Assembly: GCA_963805085.1 (NCBI GenBank)
Contig: CAWDTA010000002.1
Location: 832,001-896,000 of the forward strand
Length of the DNA: 64,000 bases
DNA from: an uncultured Veillonellaceae bacterium
GTDB lineage: Bacteria > Bacillota > Negativicutes > JARBTT01
Direction of reading: 5' to 3'
Below the pieces are notes generated by a model, which saw only the letters and a list, made by a program, of their open reading frames with translations, ran no database searches and had not been told where the DNA came from. The position numbers were made by a program, and so were the translations under genes. Every line of letters starts with the position of its first letter. Positions within the stretch are counted from its first letter, which is position 1. Positions 59,455 through 64,000 of this stretch are shown here, one piece after another.

Positions 59455-59494
59455 TAAACGTAGTTGCTTTAATTAGTCAAGGGGGATTATAGGA

Positions 59495-60826
59495 ATGATC
59501 GATAGAATACCACCACAAAATACAGAAGCAGAGCAAGCCGTTTTAGGAGCTATGCTCATTGAAAAAGAAGCAATTTCTAAGGTCGCTGAGTTTTTAAAAG
59601 GCAAGGATTTTTATCGAGAAGCGCATAAGATCATTTACGATACGATGATTGATATTTTTAATAAAAATGAGGCAGTGGATTTGGTTACAGTAACTGAGGC
59701 GCTGCGGAAAAACGATAAATTAGAAGCCGTAGGTGGAATAGCCTACATCACTTCGCTGGCCAATAGTGTACCAACAGCGGCGAATATCGGGTATCATGGT
59801 AAGATTATCGAAGAAAAATCTCTGCTAAGAGGGCTGATCAATTCAGCAACCACGATTGCTGGCATGGGCTATGAAGATAATGAAGATGTAGAGACGATTA
59901 TTGATAAAGCAGAAAAAATGATCCTCGAAGTGTCGGAGCGTAAAGTCGGTGCTGATTTTACACCGATTAAGAGTATTATCTTTGACGCCTTCGGAAAAAT
60001 TGAACAACTTTATGCTTCTAAAGGTGGGATTACTGGCCTCGCCTCTGGGTTTAAAGATTTGGATAAACTCACCTCTGGTTTACAGGCATCCGATTTAATT
60101 CTGATTGCTGCGCGCCCAAGTATGGGAAAGACGGCGTTTACTTTAAATATTGCGACTCATGTTGCCATTCGTGAAAAAAAAGCGGTGGCGTTCTTCTCAC
60201 TGGAAATGTCGAAAGAACAACTCGTACAACGTATGCTTTGTGCTGAGGCGACCATTGATTCCCAACGTCTGCGAATCGGTGAACTCGAGGATCGCGACTG
60301 GGGCAAACTGATCAGTGCAGCTGACCGATTGGCTTCCGCACCGATTTTTATTGATGACACTGCTGGTATTACGGTTATGGAAATGCGTTCAAAAGCGCGT
60401 AGACTGAAAATGGAAAATAATTTACAGCTTATCATCATTGACTATTTACAGTTAATGTCGGGGAGCAGCAGTAAAGGCGGCGACAATCGGCAGCAAGAAA
60501 TTTCCGAAATATCTCGTTCACTGAAGGCTTTGGCTCGTGAACTCAATGTGCCAGTTATCGCACTTTCACAGCTCAGCCGTAGTGTTGAGTCACGGCAAGT
60601 GAAAAAACCAATGCTAAGTGACCTTCGTGAATCTGGTTCACTAGAGCAAGATGCGGATATTGTAGCATTCCTTTATCGTGAGGATTATTACAATCCTGAT
60701 ACGGAAAATAAAAACATTACTGAGGTTATTATCGCGAAGCATCGTAATGGCCCAGTGGATACGGTGCAGTTATTCTTCCACAAACAATTTACCAAGTTTT
60801 GCGATTTATCAAGATTGCAAGAATAA
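59495..60826 (+). CDS. dnaB: replicative DNA helicase
   Basis: ARPSMGKT, IDYLQLM, SQLSR and DLRESGSLEQDAD motifs; no intein. Confidence 0.97.
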   Translation: MIDRIPPQNTEAEQAVLGAMLIEKEAISKVAEFLKGKDFYREAHKIIYDTMIDIFNKNEAVDLVTVTEALRKNDKLEAVGGIAYITSLANSVPTAANIGYHGKIIEEKSLLRGLINSATTIAGMGYEDNEDVETIIDKAEKMILEVSERKVGADFTPIKSIIFDAFGKIEQLYASKGGITGLASGFKDLDKLTSGLQASDLILIAARPSMGKTAFTLNIATHVAIREKKAVAFFSLEMSKEQLVQRMLCAEATIDSQRLRIGELEDRDWGKLISAADRLASAPIFIDDTAGITVMEMRSKARRLKMENNLQLIIIDYLQLMSGSSSKGGDNRQQEISEISRSLKALARELNVPVIALSQLSRSVESRQVKKPMLSDLRESGSLEQDADIVAFLYREDYYNPDTENKNITEVIIAKHRNGPVDTVQLFFHKQFTKFCDLSRLQE

Positions 60827-60890
60827 TATAGTCTTTCAGGCTGGCGTTTGCCAGCCTTTTCATGGGAATTGTATACAGTGTAATTATCAT

Positions 60891-60920
60891 TTGACACTTA
60901 TCATAGTTCAATGCTATGAT
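60891..60920 (+). promoter_or_regulatory. sigmaA promoter of the purA leader
   Basis: TTGACA-N18 with extended -10 TGcTATGAT. Confidence 0.7.
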
Positions 60921-61092
60921 AGGCAAGGGACATAAGGATATATTTTTGCAAAACTCAAAATGAGGCATGGCTATGCCAATTTGAGTTGTTTTCGTCATTT
61001 TGGCAATACTAGTTTATAATCTGAACTAGCTATGTAATAGTTATTGCAGTCACATGACAGTTAAGTGTCATTGATATATAAGGAGGATTTCT

Positions 61093-61155
61093 ATGATTGA
61101 CGTTATTACGTCGTGTAGAGACCATCGTGGCTCGTTTCGGGCTATAATAAAATAG
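61093..61155 (+). CDS. candidate 20-aa upstream ORF MIDVITSCRDHRGSFRAIIK
   Basis: TAAGGAGG SD directly before the ATG; lies within the purA leader. Confidence 0.45.
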   Translation: MIDVITSCRDHRGSFRAIIK

Positions 61156-61202
61156 CTTAGCATAAAAATGCGAGTAGCTTAACTGAGAGAGGTGTATGTT
61201 TA

Positions 61203-62486
61203 ATGTCAGCAGTTGTTGTAATGGGGACTCAATGGGGAGACGAAGGTAAAGGTAAAATCGTTGACTATTTAGCAGAAAAAGCGGATACAGTGGTTCGTTA
61301 TCAAGGAGGTAGCAACGCAGGGCATACTGTTGTTGTAAACGGCAAAGAATTTAAATTGCGGTTATTGCCTTCAGGAATTTTATATAAAGGGAAGAAATGT
61401 GTCGTTGCTAACGGCGTTGTTGTTGATCCTGAAGTATTACTACAAGAAATGGATGGGATGCAAGAAAAAGGCATTGATGTAGAAGGTATCAGACTTTCTA
61501 ATCGCGCCCATGTAATCATGCCTTATCATAAATTGATCGATGAGCTTTTTGAAGAAGCACGTGGCGTGAACAAAATTGGTACGACGAAACGTGGTATCGG
61601 TCCTTGCTATATCGATAAAGACGATCGTATTGGGATCCGTGTTTGTGATTTAATGGACGAGGAAGAATTTTCCATTAAATTAAAAGCAAATATTGAACTT
61701 AAGAACAAAATGCTCAAAGCTGTTTACAATCAAGAAGGCTTTGATTTTGAAACAGTAAAAAAAGAATATCTTGCTTATGCAGATCGTTTACGCAAGCATG
61801 TTATTGATACTTCCGCATTATTGAATGAAGAAATCAAAGCGGGTAAAAAAGTATTATTTGAAGGGGCTCAAGCTACGATGCTTGATCTTGATCATGGTAC
61901 ATATCCTTATGTTACATCCTCACATCCAATTGCTGGTGGTGTATGCGTAGGTGCTGGCGTTGGTCCAAATAAAATCGGCACTGTTGTCGGTGTTGTAAAA
62001 GCATATTGCACACGTGTTGGTGAAGGTCCATTCCCAACAGAACAATTAAACGAAATTGGTGAGAAGATTCGTAGTTGTGGTCGTGAATTCGGTACAGTAA
62101 CTGGCCGTCCTCGTCGGTGTGGTTGGTTAGATGCCTGCGTTGTTCGTTATGCTGGCTATTTAAGCGGAATCGACTACATGGCAATTACACGTCTTGATAT
62201 TTTAGATACATTTGAAGAAATCAAAATGTGTGTTGGTTATAAATATAAAGGTGAATTGATCAATGAAATGCCAGCAAGTCTTAAAGTATATGCTGAAGTT
62301 GAACCAGTATATGAAACTTTTGAAGGCTGGAATACAGATATCAGTGGTGTTCGTTCTTATGATGCATTGCCTGCAAATGCACGCAAATATGTAGAACGTA
62401 TGGCTGAAGTAACTGGGATTAACCTTGGTATTATCTCTGTTGGTCCAGGTCGTGATCAAACAATTATTTTAAAAGAAGTATTTTAG
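61203..62486 (+). CDS. purA: adenylosuccinate synthetase
   Basis: QWGDEGKGK, GGSNAGHT, EGAQ and GTVTGRPRRCGW motifs. Confidence 0.98.
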   Translation: MSAVVVMGTQWGDEGKGKIVDYLAEKADTVVRYQGGSNAGHTVVVNGKEFKLRLLPSGILYKGKKCVVANGVVVDPEVLLQEMDGMQEKGIDVEGIRLSNRAHVIMPYHKLIDELFEEARGVNKIGTTKRGIGPCYIDKDDRIGIRVCDLMDEEEFSIKLKANIELKNKMLKAVYNQEGFDFETVKKEYLAYADRLRKHVIDTSALLNEEIKAGKKVLFEGAQATMLDLDHGTYPYVTSSHPIAGGVCVGAGVGPNKIGTVVGVVKAYCTRVGEGPFPTEQLNEIGEKIRSCGREFGTVTGRPRRCGWLDACVVRYAGYLSGIDYMAITRLDILDTFEEIKMCVGYKYKGELINEMPASLKVYAEVEPVYETFEGWNTDISGVRSYDALPANARKYVERMAEVTGINLGIISVGPGRDQTIILKEVF

Positions 62487-62492
62487 TATAAG

Positions 62493-62531
62493 AAAAAGCG
62501 GCGATTCTTGTCAAAGAATCGCTGCTTTTTT
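62493..62531 (+). terminator. intrinsic terminator after purA
   Basis: AAAAAGCGGCGATTCTT/AAGAATCGCTGCTTTTT. Confidence 0.85.
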
Positions 62532-62552
62532 GCTTTTTAGTAGTGAAAAGTG

Positions 62553-62581
62553 TTGACAAGAAAGATATTGTGCTATATAAT
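62553..62581 (+). promoter_or_regulatory. sigmaA promoter of the tRNA gene
   Basis: TTGACA-N17-TATAAT. Confidence 0.8.
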
Positions 62582-62605
62582 ATTATCTTGTGAGAACACA
62601 AAAAT

Positions 62606-62681
62606 GATCCACTAGCTCAGTTGGTAGAGCATCTGACTTTTAATCAGGGTGTCCCGCGTTCGAGTCGCGGGTGGGTCACCA
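62606..62681 (+). tRNA. tRNA-Lys(UUU)
   Basis: Cloverleaf with GATCCAC/GTGGGTC acceptor stem, anticodon loop CTTTTAA, TTCGAGT T-loop and encoded CCA. Confidence 0.97.
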
Positions 62682-62742
62682 TCGTAATTAATGCCTTTTA
62701 AACTTTGGTTTGAAGGGCTTTTTTGTTGTAGCAAAACTTAGA

Positions 62743-62796
62743 TAAAAAGTAGTTACAAAAACTTCACACCTGAGAAGTTTTTGTAACTACTTTTTA
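62743..62796. terminator. bidirectional terminator
   Basis: TAAAAAGTAGTTACAAAAACTTC/GAAGTTTTTGTAACTACTTTTTA. Confidence 0.85.
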
Positions 62797-62805
62797 TGTA
62801 TTATG

Positions 62806-64000
62806 TCAGTAATTGCACAGCATTAAGTCATGAGCCCAGATTAAAGATTCTCGATAGGCTTTTAATACTGCATGTTCGTCGATTCCGAGTTCATTTAAGT
62901 AACTGGAATAGGCTTTCCAATCTCCTGATTCATAAGTTTTGATTAACATATATAATACGAAAAATTGGTTGTGCTCTTTTTCGATAAGTGCTTGCTTAAT
63001 ATCTTCATCCAAAGAGATTTCATTGAGTATTGCATTTAGCGGGCGGTCAAGGAGAACATCAATATGAGAGAGCATTCCCATCAGAAAAGCATCAGAAGAT
63101 CGTTGCTCTGACATTTTTATTGACGCCAGTTTTTCGGCAAAACGGGCACGAATCAGAGAGTTTAAAATCAATTCGCTAGGCTTATCATTGGCAACGCCTT
63201 TGAGGGCGATCAGCGATATCCATTTTGTTATCTCTTTTTGTCCTAATAGTGTCAAGGCATGTTGCAAAGAACTAATTTTAGTTTTGAATCCAAAGATAGA
63301 GGAGTTGATAAATTTTAATAGCTTATATGATAAAGAAACATCTTGTTTTATGATGGCTTCAATTTTTTTAAAGTCAAGTTCTGGTTGATTGATTTCTCGT
63401 AAAATTCGCAGATAATTTGTTTTGTAACTAGGTAATGTCTTGCCAGAAAGGATCAATGGTTTACAAAAGAAATATCCTTGAAAATAGGAGTATCCCATAT
63501 GTCGTGCAGATTGAAACTCTTCTTGCGTTTCTACTTTCTCAGCAAGAAATTTGATCGGGTAACTGCGCAGTCGTTGGATGATATCTCTACATTCATTTGG
63601 TGACGTATTACGAAAATCAATTTTAATGATATCGGCTAATTCAATCAGTGGAAGATAGCTTTGCGTAAACACAAAATCATCTAGGATGATTAAATAGCCA
63701 CCTTTTTTTAGTTTTTTACAAACGGTGATGATTTCTTCATCAGGAATAATATCTTCTAAAATCTCTATGCCGATTAGTTCTTTTGGTAGCATAGCAGGAA
63801 GATTATTTTTTAAGGAATTGGCAGTGAAGTTAATGAAGGCTTTTTTACCATAGGTTAGCGTGTCTATGCCGATGAATAAAAAACTATTCGTAATAACATC
63901 TAAGGTTGCTTGATCACCGTCAATTGCAGTATAGCTATTCCTACAACTATTACGAAATAGTAATTCATATCCAAATACATTTAAATTGGTATCAAAAATT
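62806..64000 (-). CDS. EAL plus HDOD domain protein (YuxH/PdeH-like c-di-GMP phosphodiesterase); 5' end lies outside the window
   Basis: Frame stays open to the window edge (IFDTNLNVFGYELLFR); LDDF, KIDF, AEKVET and FQGYFF motifs; HDOD region (LSYKLLKFINS). Confidence 0.9.
   Translation of the reverse strand, partial: IFDTNLNVFGYELLFRNSCRNSYTAIDGDQATLDVITNSFLFIGIDTLTYGKKAFINFTANSLKNNLPAMLPKELIGIEILEDIIPDEEIITVCKKLKKGGYLIILDDFVFTQSYLPLIELADIIKIDFRNTSPNECRDIIQRLRSYPIKFLAEKVETQEEFQSARHMGYSYFQGYFFCKPLILSGKTLPSYKTNYLRILREINQPELDFKKIEAIIKQDVSLSYKLLKFINSSIFGFKTKISSLQHALTLLGQKEITKWISLIALKGVANDKPSELILNSLIRARFAEKLASIKMSEQRSSDAFLMGMLSHIDVLLDRPLNAILNEISLDEDIKQALIEKEHNQFFVLYMLIKTYESGDWKAYSSYLNELGIDEHAVLKAYRESLIWAHDLMLCNY

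Noticed and set aside
62606-62800. tRNA-Lys as an integration site
   Set aside because: No integrase or duplicated tRNA 3' end in the window; a normal terminator follows
624-63388. Many short antisense or nested ORFs in the ORF track (e.g. 5192-5431, 23472-23927, 51888-52280, 52473-52850, 15447-15632, 34352-34585)
   Set aside because: They shadow well-supported genes or regulatory DNA and lack SD sequences and family motifs
1-64000. CRISPR array, IS element, prophage or defence system
   Set aside because: No regularly spaced repeats, transposase, integrase, nuclease or phage genes were seen

Overview
This is the origin-proximal left-replichore backbone of a low-GC, probably spore-forming anaerobic Firmicute; a Negativicutes/Selenomonadales affinity is inferred from gene style only. 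The conserved order is soj/parA, spo0J/parB (two perfect parS sites), DUF554, DUF4446, M23 peptidase, bactofilin, yyaC, then DUF951, ychF, rpsF-ssb-rpsR, then MazG-like, yybS, gdpP, rplI, lonC, dnaB, purA and tRNA-Lys. Metabolic blocks interrupt it: a sorbitol PTS operon, a split B12 methionine synthase, aspA-hydF, a three-gene glutamate-synthase-like complex, a Liv ABC system with three binding-protein paralogues, a CDF transporter behind a NiCo/czcD riboswitch, pflBA behind a ZTP riboswitch, and an L-ascorbate (ula) PTS operon. The strongest lead is the ula operon, which has no ulaD and instead carries a His-rich beta-propeller resembling the aldos-2-ulose dehydratase propeller. Other leads are the aspA-hydF pair abutting parS, a structured purA leader with a strong-SD uORF, a Val/Leu-rich mini-ORF and terminator before livH, a DnaA-box cluster behind rpsR, and a Cys-rich orphan with a sigmaK-like promoter. 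No mobile elements or CRISPR arrays were seen. All calls come from reading motifs by eye; no searches or folding were run.
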